A DNA stretch of 50,918 nucleotides from Patescibacteria group bacterium. Lineage in GTDB: Bacteria; Patescibacteriota; CPR2; UBA1875. Below the pieces are notes generated by a model. It was not told where the DNA came from. It made no database searches and was given only the letters and a program-made list of their open reading frames with translations. Of this stretch, positions 1 to 9,112 are shown one piece after another. Each line of letters begins with the position of its first letter. The first letter of the stretch is position 1. The translations under genes were made by a program, and so were the position numbers. The stretch is from NCBI GenBank assembly GCA_028694925.1, contig JAQVJW010000003.1:1-50918 (forward strand), in the 5' to 3' direction.

Positions 1-57
1 TAAGAGCCTAGCACTTTTATTTATGTAATTCTAAAACCAAATGTACTACTTTCATCT

Positions 58-81
58 AAAAACTTGTTGCTACAAGTTTTT
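58..81. terminator. Perfect 10-bp inverted repeat with A/T tails, probable bidirectional intrinsic terminator
   Basis: aaaaacttgt-tgct-acaagttttt. Confidence 0.6.
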
Positions 82-136
82 CGTGCTTAGTTGAGCACGG
101 ATTTACCCCGCTGAAAGTTAGAGAGCCTCAAAGGGG

Positions 137-165
137 TTGACATGGGGGTCATTTTGATATATAAT
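137..165 (+). promoter_or_regulatory. Consensus sigma70 promoter
   Basis: TTGACA (137-142), 17 nt, TATAAT (160-165). Confidence 0.85.
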
Positions 166-276
166 CGTGCTTGTGCCTTTGGTAATATCCGTAGCAACTA
201 CCCCGCCTGAAAGGAGGGGATACACTAGAAATCGCAGCTCATTCGCAGTAGTAATTCTACCAGGAAGGCAAGAACC

Positions 277-468
277 ATGAAAGCTATCATCGGGATCATT
301 CTTTTGGCATCCGCGGGGGCCTTGGTCGTTTTTGGCCACATCACCCTGGCGTCAGGAGAACTGAATTCTCTTGTGAGGCTCTGGGTGTATGCGGGTATGA
401 CCGCCTTTCCGGGCGGGCTACTCTATACAGCTCATCGTCTCTGGAGAAGTTCAGACCAAGCCGTCTAG
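277..468 (+). CDS. Orphan 63-aa membrane microprotein, two predicted TM helices
   Basis: SD AGGAAGG 262-268, ATG 277, two hydrophobic stretches; promoter upstream, terminator downstream. Confidence 0.65.
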   Translation: MKAIIGIILLASAGALVVFGHITLASGELNSLVRLWVYAGMTAFPGGLLYTAHRLWRSSDQAV

Positions 469-588
469 GTCTGGTCTCGAAAATCGAATAGCTCTAATAC
501 GTGAACAACTCCCCTTGGGAGTTACAAGTTGGTAGGCGACCCGCCCTCTCCTCCCCCCCTCAGGGGCGGATCCCGCCGCCAGCACTCG

Positions 589-627
589 AAGGGACGGCCG
601 AACCCCCACGGCCGTCCCTTTCTCTTT
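589..627 (+). terminator. Intrinsic terminator
   Basis: aagggacggccg-aaccccca-cggccgtccctt, 12-bp stem plus tctcttt. Confidence 0.8.
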
Positions 628-645
628 GTTATAATAAGCTTTGCC

Positions 646-674
646 TTGTTGTTTGAGCTAATTTAGGCTATAAT
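646..674 (+). promoter_or_regulatory. sigma70 promoter
   Basis: TTGTTG, 17 nt, TATAAT (669-674). Confidence 0.65.
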
Positions 675-716
675 ACTCGCACATTAGGGGATGGACCTTG
701 AAGGAGGCGAAACCAC

Positions 717-926
717 ATGTACGAATGGAAGGAAGAGCATGGAGGTGGCGTGGTTTCACATCGCCTCTATGTCGATCGTAAACGAACCCAGGTCTATATC
801 ATGCGCAAGCATGGAATAGAGGGTCCTTGGGTCATCCGAGATGGTACCAGGTACGTTCTCGAAAGGCGGGCCTTGCCTCATGCAAAGGCGGCTTACCTGA
901 AGCTACTCAAGATGATGGGGAGGTGA
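717..926 (+). CDS. Orphan 69-aa basic protein
   Basis: SD AAGGAGG 701-707 then ATG 717. Confidence 0.7.
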   Translation: MYEWKEEHGGGVVSHRLYVDRKRTQVYIMRKHGIEGPWVIRDGTRYVLERRALPHAKAAYLKLLKMMGR

Positions 927-932
927 TAAGAG

Positions 933-1298
933 ATGAAGCTGCTTCTTGTGCTTCTAGCTCTGATCATCACGATCTATTTCTTCAGGCAAGGTACTTCGCT
1001 TTTTTTGGAGAGACGAAGGATCTCCGGTGTCATCTTCGCCAAGGGAAGTATCGTGCTGCTCGGGACGTTCACCGTCTACGTCTTGTACGGCAGACCCGGG
1101 ATACAGATTCAAGTGGCGATAGCATACTGGGAAGCCGCTGGATTCTCCAGCTGGGCCTCATACATGGCCGCCAAGGCATACCTGGACAGTCGAAGCCGAG
1201 TTGCATTGGGGGGGTGGCTTCTAATGTTGCTGCTTTCGGGGTTCCTCGTCGGCTATGGAGTGCTAATCCTGCAAGGGATTATCCCGGTTACCGGCTAG
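933..1298 (+). CDS. Orphan 121-aa membrane protein (about 4 TM)
   Basis: SD GGAGGTGA overlapping upstream stop; several hydrophobic segments. Confidence 0.7.
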   Translation: MKLLLVLLALIITIYFFRQGTSLFLERRRISGVIFAKGSIVLLGTFTVYVLYGRPGIQIQVAIAYWEAAGFSSWASYMAAKAYLDSRSRVALGGWLLMLLLSGFLVGYGVLILQGIIPVTG

Positions 1299-1318
1299 TG
1301 AATGGGGAGGTGAACAGC

Positions 1319-1507
1319 ATGGATGTCGATAAGGATAAGGTCTACAAGAACTGGACCCCGGAGGAGATCCGTCAGTTTGTCAAGACGGATCCCGGAATCC
1401 GGGAATATATCGACGAGCGAGTTCGACAGGAACTCGCAGAGAGGTTCAATCTTCCCCGAGAACTGAGTGGGCTCGACAGAATCGGGACAGATTCAACCCA
1501 CGAGTGA
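1319..1507 (+). CDS. Orphan 62-aa charged protein (MDVDKDKVYKNW...)
   Basis: SD GGGGAGG then ATG 1319; this is the 3' part of track ORF 827..1507. Confidence 0.65.
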   Translation: MDVDKDKVYKNWTPEEIRQFVKTDPGIREYIDERVRQELAERFNLPRELSGLDRIGTDSTHE

Positions 1508-1540
1508 ATAACGCACCAATGGTAAAAGTATTACCCTGAT

Positions 1541-1565
1541 GGGCCGGCAGTAACCGGCCCTTTTG
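1541..1565 (+). terminator. Intrinsic terminator
   Basis: gggccgg-cagtaa-ccggccc-tttt. Confidence 0.8.
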
Positions 1566-1608
1566 TCTACTTGAATCTAGCCTTTCTTTCCTGTTTACTG
1601 TTATTAAG

Positions 1609-2940
1609 ATGGCTAAACTAAAGACAACCTATGTTTGTACCGAGTGTGGGGCTAGCTACCCTCGTTGGATGGGGAAGTGCGAGTCTTGCGGTAATTGGAA
1701 TACCTTGGCTGAGGAAGTGATCGAGACTAAGGGGTCAAGAGCACCTTCAAAGGCTACCCCAGCCAAAACAGGTAAGATAGGTGGTGATGGCTCAGCTATA
1801 TCCGAGCGTTTTTCAACTAAGATATCTGAAGTTGACCAGGTCTTAGGTGGCGGGATTGTCCCCGGTTCCCTTATATTACTTGGTGGGGACCCTGGGATCG
1901 GCAAATCAACCCTAGTCTTAGATATGGCTGCTTCGGTTGGTGATGTACTATATGCCTCAGGGGAAGAGTCGGAAAATCAAATACGACTGCGGGCCGAGAG
2001 GCTTGGGGTTAAGGATGGCATTGCGTTGCTTTCAGAGACAAATATCGAAACGATTATCGCCACCATCCTCTCCGAGAAGCCAAAACTTACGGTGATCGAT
2101 TCTATCCAAACGATGTATTCTGCCGATATTGACGGGGCACCGGGTAATGTCAGTCAGCTCTCTTTATGTGCCAGTAAGCTTATGAATGTGGCTAAAGAGA
2201 ATCATATTGCTATCGTAATCATTGGTCACGTCACAAAGCAAGGAAATATCGCCGGTCCCCGGGTTCTTGAACATTTGGTTGATGTTGTTCTATATATCGA
2301 AGGAGACCGATTTGGGTCTTTTCGGATTCTAAGAGGGGTTAAGAATCGTTTCGGCTCTACAAACGAAGTCGGGATCTTTGAGATGACCGCCAGTGGTATG
2401 AAAATTGTCAAGAATCCATCAGAACTTATGATCGCAGAAAGGGCGCAAGCGCCTGGCTCGGTTATCTTTCCAGCGATGGAGGGGACAAGACCCTTACTTA
2501 CCGAGATTCAGGCCCTAACTTCACCGAGCTCTTTTGGCTATCCAAAAAGAACGGCTAGTGGCTTTGATTTAAACAGGCTTAATCTTCTTGTTGCGGTTCT
2601 TCAGAAGAGATGTAACATCAATCTCTCTATTCTAGATGTCTATCTCAATATCGCCGGCGGGATCAAGGTCTCAGAGCCAGCGGCTGATTTGGCAGTTTGT
2701 CTTGCAATCGCCTCAGTTGCGAAAAACAAGAAAACCAAAGAGGGGGTCGTGATATTAGGGGAAGTTGGTCTTGCAGGAGAGGTCCGTTCGGTTAATAATA
2801 TAGAGAAGAGGCTTGCGGAAGCTGCAAAGCTCGGTTTTACGGAGGCAGTTATCCCAAAGTCTAAAGTAAAAGCCCCAGAGGGCATTCACATAATCGAGGC
2901 CAGGACTGTGCGCGAGGCTATCGATAAAACCGTATCTTAA
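1609..2940 (+). CDS. radA: DNA repair protein RadA/Sms
   Basis: N-terminal C4 Zn finger (CTECG...CESC), Walker A GDPGIGKST, KNRFG motif, Lon-like C-terminal domain. Confidence 0.97.
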   Translation: MAKLKTTYVCTECGASYPRWMGKCESCGNWNTLAEEVIETKGSRAPSKATPAKTGKIGGDGSAISERFSTKISEVDQVLGGGIVPGSLILLGGDPGIGKSTLVLDMAASVGDVLYASGEESENQIRLRAERLGVKDGIALLSETNIETIIATILSEKPKLTVIDSIQTMYSADIDGAPGNVSQLSLCASKLMNVAKENHIAIVIIGHVTKQGNIAGPRVLEHLVDVVLYIEGDRFGSFRILRGVKNRFGSTNEVGIFEMTASGMKIVKNPSELMIAERAQAPGSVIFPAMEGTRPLLTEIQALTSPSSFGYPKRTASGFDLNRLNLLVAVLQKRCNINLSILDVYLNIAGGIKVSEPAADLAVCLAIASVAKNKKTKEGVVILGEVGLAGEVRSVNNIEKRLAEAAKLGFTEAVIPKSKVKAPEGIHIIEARTVREAIDKTVS

Positions 2941-2969
2941 TAACTAGTAAGTTTGAAAGGATTTATCTT

Positions 2970-3920
2970 ATGGAGAGCACTTATCTTTATCTTGGACTTA
3001 TCACAATTGCAATCATCATTGGTATGATTGTTGTCGGCACAAAAGTATCAAAATTAAAGGCCAATACATTCTTTATTGGAGTTTTTGGGACGGTTGTTGG
3101 GCTTCTTGTTGGCTCGCTGGCTTATCTTCCCCTCTCAAAGCTACCAGGGATTTATGGTACCTGGGTCCCAGTAATCTTTTACGTTCTGATGGTAGTTGGC
3201 TTTATCTGGGTCTTTTTATCAAGAAGGCCGGTGATCGAACAGACTTTTGAGACGATTAGTAAGGTTGTGAATACGATTATTAGCCTTAGGCCGCAACTTC
3301 AAAGTACAACAAAAACAAAAGAACGGGATGTCTTGGTTGATACCTCAGTCTTAATTGATGGTCGAATTTCGGATATTGCTGAAACTGGTTTTATTCCTGG
3401 AAGGCTTGTTGTTCCTAAGTTTATCCTGGCCGAGCTTCAAAACATTGCCGATTCTGATGATGACCTTAGAAGGGTTAAGGGGAGGAGGGGGCTAGACTCA
3501 CTAGAAATCCTCAAAAAAGACCATCGACTTAAAGTCGAGCCAACCCCTGACTTCCTTGTGGGTAGTAAGGATCCAGTAGATGAAAAACTAGTAGCGATGG
3601 CTAAGGACCGGAAGGCTCTTGTTATAACGAACGACTTTAACCTTAACAAGGTAGCCAAGGTGGAGGGGGTTTCTGTCTTAAACATTAATGAACTTTCCCA
3701 GGCCCTAAGACCAGTACTCATTCCCGGGGAAGAGATGGAACTAAAGATCGTCCAAAAAGGGAAAGAAAAAGACCAGGGAGTGGCCTATCTGCCTGACGGG
3801 ACAATGATTGTGGTTGAGAAGGGGGATAAATTAGTTGGGAAAAAAGTAAGGGTAGAGATTAAGCGGGTTCTTCAGACCGCGGCTGGCAAAATGTTCTTCG
3901 CGACACTTAAAAATGAATAG
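2970..3920 (+). CDS. Membrane-anchored PIN/TRAM domain protein (YacL-like)
   Basis: N-terminal TMs, VDTSVLIDGRI PIN motif, TNDFNLNKVA, C-terminal TRAM (GVAYLPDGTMIVVE); radA-adjacent as in the known radA-yacL linkage. Confidence 0.9.
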   Translation: MESTYLYLGLITIAIIIGMIVVGTKVSKLKANTFFIGVFGTVVGLLVGSLAYLPLSKLPGIYGTWVPVIFYVLMVVGFIWVFLSRRPVIEQTFETISKVVNTIISLRPQLQSTTKTKERDVLVDTSVLIDGRISDIAETGFIPGRLVVPKFILAELQNIADSDDDLRRVKGRRGLDSLEILKKDHRLKVEPTPDFLVGSKDPVDEKLVAMAKDRKALVITNDFNLNKVAKVEGVSVLNINELSQALRPVLIPGEEMELKIVQKGKEKDQGVAYLPDGTMIVVEKGDKLVGKKVRVEIKRVLQTAAGKMFFATLKNE

Positions 3921-4521
3921 ACTTAACAAATCTTTCTATAATAGAAAGCCTGAATTTGTGGCGAAAGAACTTCTGGGTAAGCTATTGGTCCATAAGAAGG
4001 GTTCACAATTCTTTGTGGGGCGAATTGTCGAAACTGAGGCCTATCTGGCGAAGGGTGATACGGCCTGTCACGCTACACGTGGTAAGACAAAAAGAAACGC
4101 CGTGATGTTCGGTGAAGCAGGGCTTGCCTACACCTACCTTATATATGGAATGTATCATTGCCTTAATATCGTTACCGAGAGAGAAGGAAGACCTTCGGCT
4201 GTCCTTATTCGGGCGGTTGAACCAGTATTACCCGATCTCTCAGGGCTCACTCTTGATGAAAAAAGAAAAGAAGTAGCCGGACCCGGAAGACTCGCGAGAT
4301 ACTTAAAGATAGAGAAGAGTTTAAATGAGGAAGATATCACAAAATCAGAAAGACTATATATTACTGATAGTTTTTCTATAAAAGAGGATTGTTATATGAG
4401 CAAAAAGGTTAAACCAAAGGAGGTTAGTAGAGCCCCACGTATAGGGGTAGATTATTCCCAAGATTCAGATTTGCTCTTACGTTATTACATTAAAGATAAT
4501 CAGTTCGTATCGAAAAAATAG
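3913..4521 (+). CDS. mpg: 3-methyladenine DNA glycosylase (AAG/MPG family)
   Basis: GRIVETEAY, YTYLIYGMYHCLNIV, AVLIRAVEP, GPG, PRIGV motifs. Confidence 0.93.
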   Translation: MNRLNKSFYNRKPEFVAKELLGKLLVHKKGSQFFVGRIVETEAYLAKGDTACHATRGKTKRNAVMFGEAGLAYTYLIYGMYHCLNIVTEREGRPSAVLIRAVEPVLPDLSGLTLDEKRKEVAGPGRLARYLKIEKSLNEEDITKSERLYITDSFSIKEDCYMSKKVKPKEVSRAPRIGVDYSQDSDLLLRYYIKDNQFVSKK

Positions 4522-5214
4522 TTACTCTATAGGGTGCTTTTTACCAAACCTAGTGAGTAGGATAGTAAGCTTTCTCTCGTTTAAGAGCCCAATGATGCCG
4601 ATAAGGATGATAAGAGCCATTGGCAGGAGCATTCTTTCTAGATTACCAAACGATATTGCCTCCCCAAAGTATGCGATAATGAGATTCTGAGGGGCCCGAG
4701 CTACAATTGAGATTAAAAGAAGGGTGATGATTGGTACGTTAGTTAGTCCGGCAACGTATGTGATTAAATCATCTGGAAAGCCTGGGACAAGATAAGTTAG
4801 GAAGAAAAGAACTGGTCCTCGGCCCTCAAAGAACTTATCCCACTTTGCGAGAGTCTTTTTAGAGACAAACTTCTCAGCAAAAGGGCGGCCATATTTACGG
4901 GTAAGATAGAGGACGATAAATGTACCAATATTAATGCCAATTAGGCTATAGAGGAAGCCCAAAAGAAACCCATAAAGGTAGCTCCCAATAACAACTGGGA
5001 CATAGCCTGGAACGGGCCAAAGAACAACCTGAAAGGCCGAAAAAGCGATTAAAGCGATTGGACCCCAGATTCCAAAACCTTGAATAGTTTCACGAACCTT
5101 ATTGATATCAGAGAGAGAAAATCTTAAATCAGGCCAAAAAAAATAGAGGCCCAAGAGGGCCGTAAATAAAAGAAGTAAGATGATTCCGTTTTTTTTCGTG
5201 AATTTTATCTTCAT
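4522..5214 (-). CDS. TVP38/TMEM64 (DedA/SNARE-associated) family membrane protein
   Basis: FQVVLWPVPG, G..YG...G, LVPGFPDDLITYVAGLT motifs; multiple TMs. Confidence 0.88.
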   Translation of the reverse strand: MKIKFTKKNGIILLLLFTALLGLYFFWPDLRFSLSDINKVRETIQGFGIWGPIALIAFSAFQVVLWPVPGYVPVVIGSYLYGFLLGFLYSLIGINIGTFIVLYLTRKYGRPFAEKFVSKKTLAKWDKFFEGRGPVLFFLTYLVPGFPDDLITYVAGLTNVPIITLLLISIVARAPQNLIIAYFGEAISFGNLERMLLPMALIILIGIIGLLNERKLTILLTRFGKKHPIE

Positions 5215-5216
5215 TT

Positions 5217-7850
5217 TTAGGCGAAGCTAAAGATATTAAAGATGTTAAAGGCTTCCTCGCCACCACCAATTCCACCTGTGACATTCGTTTTGACGGTGTC
5301 TTCGGCAGTTTGATAAACATTATCCTTAACAATTACTTTGATGGTCTTTTCGCCAAGTGAAGTAAAGGTTACCTCCGCTTCATAAAAGGCACCATTAGCT
5401 GTTGGGGTGTAGGTTTTCCCATCTGCTTGGATCGTAATCGATTTTAACCCTTTAGGGGTCGAGGCCGAAATGACGACTGTAAATGGGGTATTTATCTCCT
5501 GACCTTCGGTTGGGGCCATAATCTCAACACTTGGGTGATTCTCATCGGTATGAAGATCACAAGTTTCAGTTGGGATTGAGCCCATATTTGTGTTGTACCC
5601 TTTCGACTTTGCCCAAGCTTGGACAGCCGCATTCCAGCGGGAGTAGGCAGGATCATTTGATGGAATTTCGGCGGTGATTGGGGAATAGATTTTAGTCTCG
5701 ATTAGTTCAGCCGGACACTTATCGGTCGCAAGCTTTCTAGAGAGTTTATCAATCTTAACTTCCTGGGCTTGGCCATTAACTTGGGGTGTCTTGTACCAAG
5801 AAGGGAAGATATCGGTTCTTTTACTTTTTGTAGCTGAGGTCACCGCTCTTCCGGTCACAGCATCGATTGTTACTGTCTTAATACCAGATGGCTTCGAGAA
5901 CGATTCCTTTTGAAATTTTGGAAGGACCGAAGTCATATAGTCGTCCCAAATTGGAGCCGCAACGGCATAACCACTTCCGTTTCTCATTGGGGTACTATCG
6001 TTATTGCCACCCCAGACAACTGTAACAAGGTTTGGAGTATAGCCGGCGGTCCAAGCATCCTTTGAATCATTAGTAGTACCAGTCTTTGCAGCCACAGTCC
6101 GACCAGGGACGGTCAGGTATTGACCGCCACCAAAGGTGTATGACCGAGACCTGGTATCAGAAAGGATGTTGTTTATAAGGTAGGCAACTTGCGGATCAAG
6201 AACTTGTTTCCCTTTACTTTCCTTGTATTCCTCAAGGACCTTACCGTCAGAGTCTTCAATCTTTAAAAACCAGGAGAGGTCATGTTTGACCCCACCATTT
6301 GCAAAGACGCCATAGGCCTGAGCCATCTCGATTGGCTTAACCTCACCAGCCCCAAGAACAAGAGAGAGCCCGTAACGGTCTTTATCTGTTAGGGTTGAAA
6401 TACCCATATCGGAAGCAGTCTTTAAAGTCTCATTCATGCCAGCAATGTATAAAGCTTTAACAGCCGGAATGTTTAAAGAGTTGCCGAGCGAGTAACGGAT
6501 CGATTGAGCTCCGTTATACCTGTAATTATAGTTATGGGGAACATAACCACCACCGAAGTCGGTCTTAACATCATAAACGGTACTACCGGGTCCCCAGTTT
6601 TCTTTCTTAAAGAGACTGGCATAGGCAAACGGTTTGAACGAAGATCCTGGTTGACGGAGTCTGGTGGTGACGTTTACATTCCCATCGATATCTTGGTTAA
6701 AGAAATCTTTTGAGCCAACCATCGATAATATCTGCCCAGTCTTTGGATCGGTCGAGACGAGAGCAGCGTTTTCGGCCCCATATCCTTTGAGCCTGCTTTC
6801 ATTGCCCTTGATGGCGGCCGTTGCTTCTTTGTATAAGTCATAATCGAGAGTAGTATAGACCTTAAGGCCACCCTCGTTGGCCATCTGCTCTCCATACTTA
6901 TTTACAAGCTCTTGTTTGACATACATTACAAAGTGAGGCGCTTCGATTGAGCCATAAGGATTATTTGAAAAAGCGATCTTTTTCTCCATTGCTTTATCGG
7001 CTTCTTCTTGGGAGATATAGCCCTGATCTGCCATTAGCTGAAGGACGGTATCTTTTCTTGCGAGTAGCGCATCTTTGTTATCACCATAAGGTGAGTAATA
7101 GGTTGGGGCCTGAGGGAGGGAGGCGAGAACAGCCGCCTCTTCAACGGTAAGGTCCGAAAGCTCTTTATCAAAATATGTTTTAGCGGCCACCTTAACTCCA
7201 TAGGCATTTGAGCCATATGGGATTTCATTAAGATACATCTTTAAGATGTCATCTTTTGAATACATCGCTTCGATTTCCATTGAGAGAATTAGCTCCTTAA
7301 TCTTTCGGCCGAAAGTTTGTTCTGGAGAAAGAAGGGCGTTTTTAACGAATTGCTGAGTAATCGTAGAGCCACCCTGGAGGTTCGCTCCCGTTGCTCGCTC
7401 AAAGACATTATAGACAGCAGAGCGAACGACTCTAAATGGGGCAAAACCAACGTGCTTGTAGAAGTTTTTATCCTCAACCGCGACGGTCGCCTGTTTAACA
7501 TTCTCCGGGATTTCGTCAAACTCAACTAAGATTCGATTTTTATCGCCATGCATCTCATAAAGCAACTTCCCATTTCGGTCAAAGATTTGAGTTGTTTGGG
7601 CGGCAAAGCGAGAGTTTATCTTGTTAGGGGTCGGAAGGTCTTTTGCGTACCAACCAAAAAGACCAATGATGATACCAAGGAGAATAACTGTAACGGTTCC
7701 AACCTTTTTGAGTCCTTCTTTGGTAGTAAAGAGATATTTAAGATAGTTTTTGATTGATTTTGGCGAAAACGAAGAGAGGGAAAGCTTAAAACCCTTGGCC
7801 TTCCTAGCTCTTCTAACCCTGCTTGTTCTTGAACTATATCTTAATGGCAT
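5217..7850 (-). CDS. Class A penicillin-binding protein (transglycosylase plus transpeptidase) with C-terminal Ig-like extension
   Basis: EDKNFYKH, GGSTITQQFVKN, RKIKE (GT51); SSFK, SLN, KTG (transpeptidase). Confidence 0.95.
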   Translation of the reverse strand: MPLRYSSRTSRVRRARKAKGFKLSLSSFSPKSIKNYLKYLFTTKEGLKKVGTVTVILLGIIIGLFGWYAKDLPTPNKINSRFAAQTTQIFDRNGKLLYEMHGDKNRILVEFDEIPENVKQATVAVEDKNFYKHVGFAPFRVVRSAVYNVFERATGANLQGGSTITQQFVKNALLSPEQTFGRKIKELILSMEIEAMYSKDDILKMYLNEIPYGSNAYGVKVAAKTYFDKELSDLTVEEAAVLASLPQAPTYYSPYGDNKDALLARKDTVLQLMADQGYISQEEADKAMEKKIAFSNNPYGSIEAPHFVMYVKQELVNKYGEQMANEGGLKVYTTLDYDLYKEATAAIKGNESRLKGYGAENAALVSTDPKTGQILSMVGSKDFFNQDIDGNVNVTTRLRQPGSSFKPFAYASLFKKENWGPGSTVYDVKTDFGGGYVPHNYNYRYNGAQSIRYSLGNSLNIPAVKALYIAGMNETLKTASDMGISTLTDKDRYGLSLVLGAGEVKPIEMAQAYGVFANGGVKHDLSWFLKIEDSDGKVLEEYKESKGKQVLDPQVAYLINNILSDTRSRSYTFGGGQYLTVPGRTVAAKTGTTNDSKDAWTAGYTPNLVTVVWGGNNDSTPMRNGSGYAVAAPIWDDYMTSVLPKFQKESFSKPSGIKTVTIDAVTGRAVTSATKSKRTDIFPSWYKTPQVNGQAQEVKIDKLSRKLATDKCPAELIETKIYSPITAEIPSNDPAYSRWNAAVQAWAKSKGYNTNMGSIPTETCDLHTDENHPSVEIMAPTEGQEINTPFTVVISASTPKGLKSITIQADGKTYTPTANGAFYEAEVTFTSLGEKTIKVIVKDNVYQTAEDTVKTNVTGGIGGGEEAFNIFNIFSFA

Positions 7851-7875
7851 TGCCTTAAATCCTAAATTAAGTCCA

Positions 7876-7903
7876 TTGAATTATACAGAAAACTTCATAT
7901 AAT
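7876..7903 (+). promoter_or_regulatory. tyrS promoter overlapping a divergent -10 for the PBP gene
   Basis: TTGAAT, 16 nt, TATAAT (7898-7903); minus-strand TATAAT at 7880-7885. Confidence 0.55.
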
Positions 7904-7918
7904 GTAAAGGTAATAGAT

Positions 7919-9112
7919 ATGCTAAAAAAGAAGGAATTATTTGTGAAGAAAGAAGAAATCATCAAGGATATTCTAACTCGAGGCGTGACGAATGTTATTG
8001 AAAAAAAGCATTTAGAAGAAGCCCTAAAATCAGGGAAAAAGCTTCGGATAAAGCTTGGGATCGATCCAACAGGGCCAAAAATCCACATCGGAAGGGCTTT
8101 TACGTTATGGAAGCTGAGACAGTTCCAGGAGCTGGGACATAAAGTCGTCCTCATAATCGGTGACTTTACCGGGCAGATAGGAGATGCGTCCGATAAAGAG
8201 GCTGAGAGACAGGCTTTGTCTCTTTCCGACATAAAAAGAAACATGAAGACATATGAAGATCAAATCGGAAAAATTCTCGATATGAAGAAGGTGGAGATTC
8301 GTTACAATTCCGAGTGGCTAGGAAAGCTCTCGGCGCAGGACTTAGTAGAGGAGGCGATGAATTTTACGGTGGCTCAAATGATCGAGCGCGACAATTATTG
8401 GGAACGATTTAAGAACGGTAAGCCAATTGGACTTCACGAAATTCTTTATCCGATATTTCAGGGATATGATTCCGTAGCCATAAAGTCCGACGTTGAGATC
8501 GGAGGGAACGATCAGCTATTTAATTTACTTGCCGGAAGGGTAGTCCAGAAAAAGCACGGGCAAAAAGAGCAAGACATTTTAACTTTTGAGATGCTCGAAG
8601 GGACAGATGGTCGCAAGATGAGTACTTCTTGGGGGAATTGCATCTATATAGAAGATGATCCCAGTGAAATGTATGGAAAGGTAATGTCTATTACTGACGA
8701 TTTAATCAAGAGATATTTTGTCCTTGGGACTTGGGTTTCAGAAAGAGAGACCAAGAAGATACTTAAAAAGGGCCCAAGAGAAGCCAAAGGGCAGCTAGCT
8801 TTTGAGATTGTAAAGCGGTATCACGGGGAAACGAAAGCAAAAAAAGCAGAAAAAAATTTCGAACAAAAGTTTGTTAAAAATGAAACACCGGAGGAAATGC
8901 CCGAGGTTAAACTCGTTTATGCTGCACAGCCATTAGCTGATATTCTTACCGACATAAGGCTTACCGCATCAAAATCAGAAGCTAGAAGAATGATTGAGCA
9001 AGGAGCGGTTAAGGTTGATGGAGCGACGATTGGCGATCGCGAAGCGGTTATTGATCCAATTTCGGGAATGGTTATTCAGGTTGGGAAAAGAAAGTTTGTA
9101 AGAGTAAAATGA
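7919..9112 (+). CDS. tyrS: Tyrosyl-tRNA synthetase
   Basis: LGIDPTG, IGDFTGQIGD, YP.FQGYD, GG.DQLFN, C-terminal S4 domain; variant HIGR/KMSTS signatures. Confidence 0.96.
   Translation: MLKKKELFVKKEEIIKDILTRGVTNVIEKKHLEEALKSGKKLRIKLGIDPTGPKIHIGRAFTLWKLRQFQELGHKVVLIIGDFTGQIGDASDKEAERQALSLSDIKRNMKTYEDQIGKILDMKKVEIRYNSEWLGKLSAQDLVEEAMNFTVAQMIERDNYWERFKNGKPIGLHEILYPIFQGYDSVAIKSDVEIGGNDQLFNLLAGRVVQKKHGQKEQDILTFEMLEGTDGRKMSTSWGNCIYIEDDPSEMYGKVMSITDDLIKRYFVLGTWVSERETKKILKKGPREAKGQLAFEIVKRYHGETKAKKAEKNFEQKFVKNETPEEMPEVKLVYAAQPLADILTDIRLTASKSEARRMIEQGAVKVDGATIGDREAVIDPISGMVIQVGKRKFVRVK

Noticed and set aside
827-1318. 5' part of track ORF 827..1507 (226 aa)
   Set aside because: Overlaps two better ORFs with SDs (717-926, 933-1298); only the part from ATG 1319 has its own SD.
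9110-9112. TGA recoding (genetic code 25, or selenocysteine)
   Set aside because: TGA acts as a normal stop (tyrS, ATGA overlaps) and no conserved gene needs TGA readthrough.
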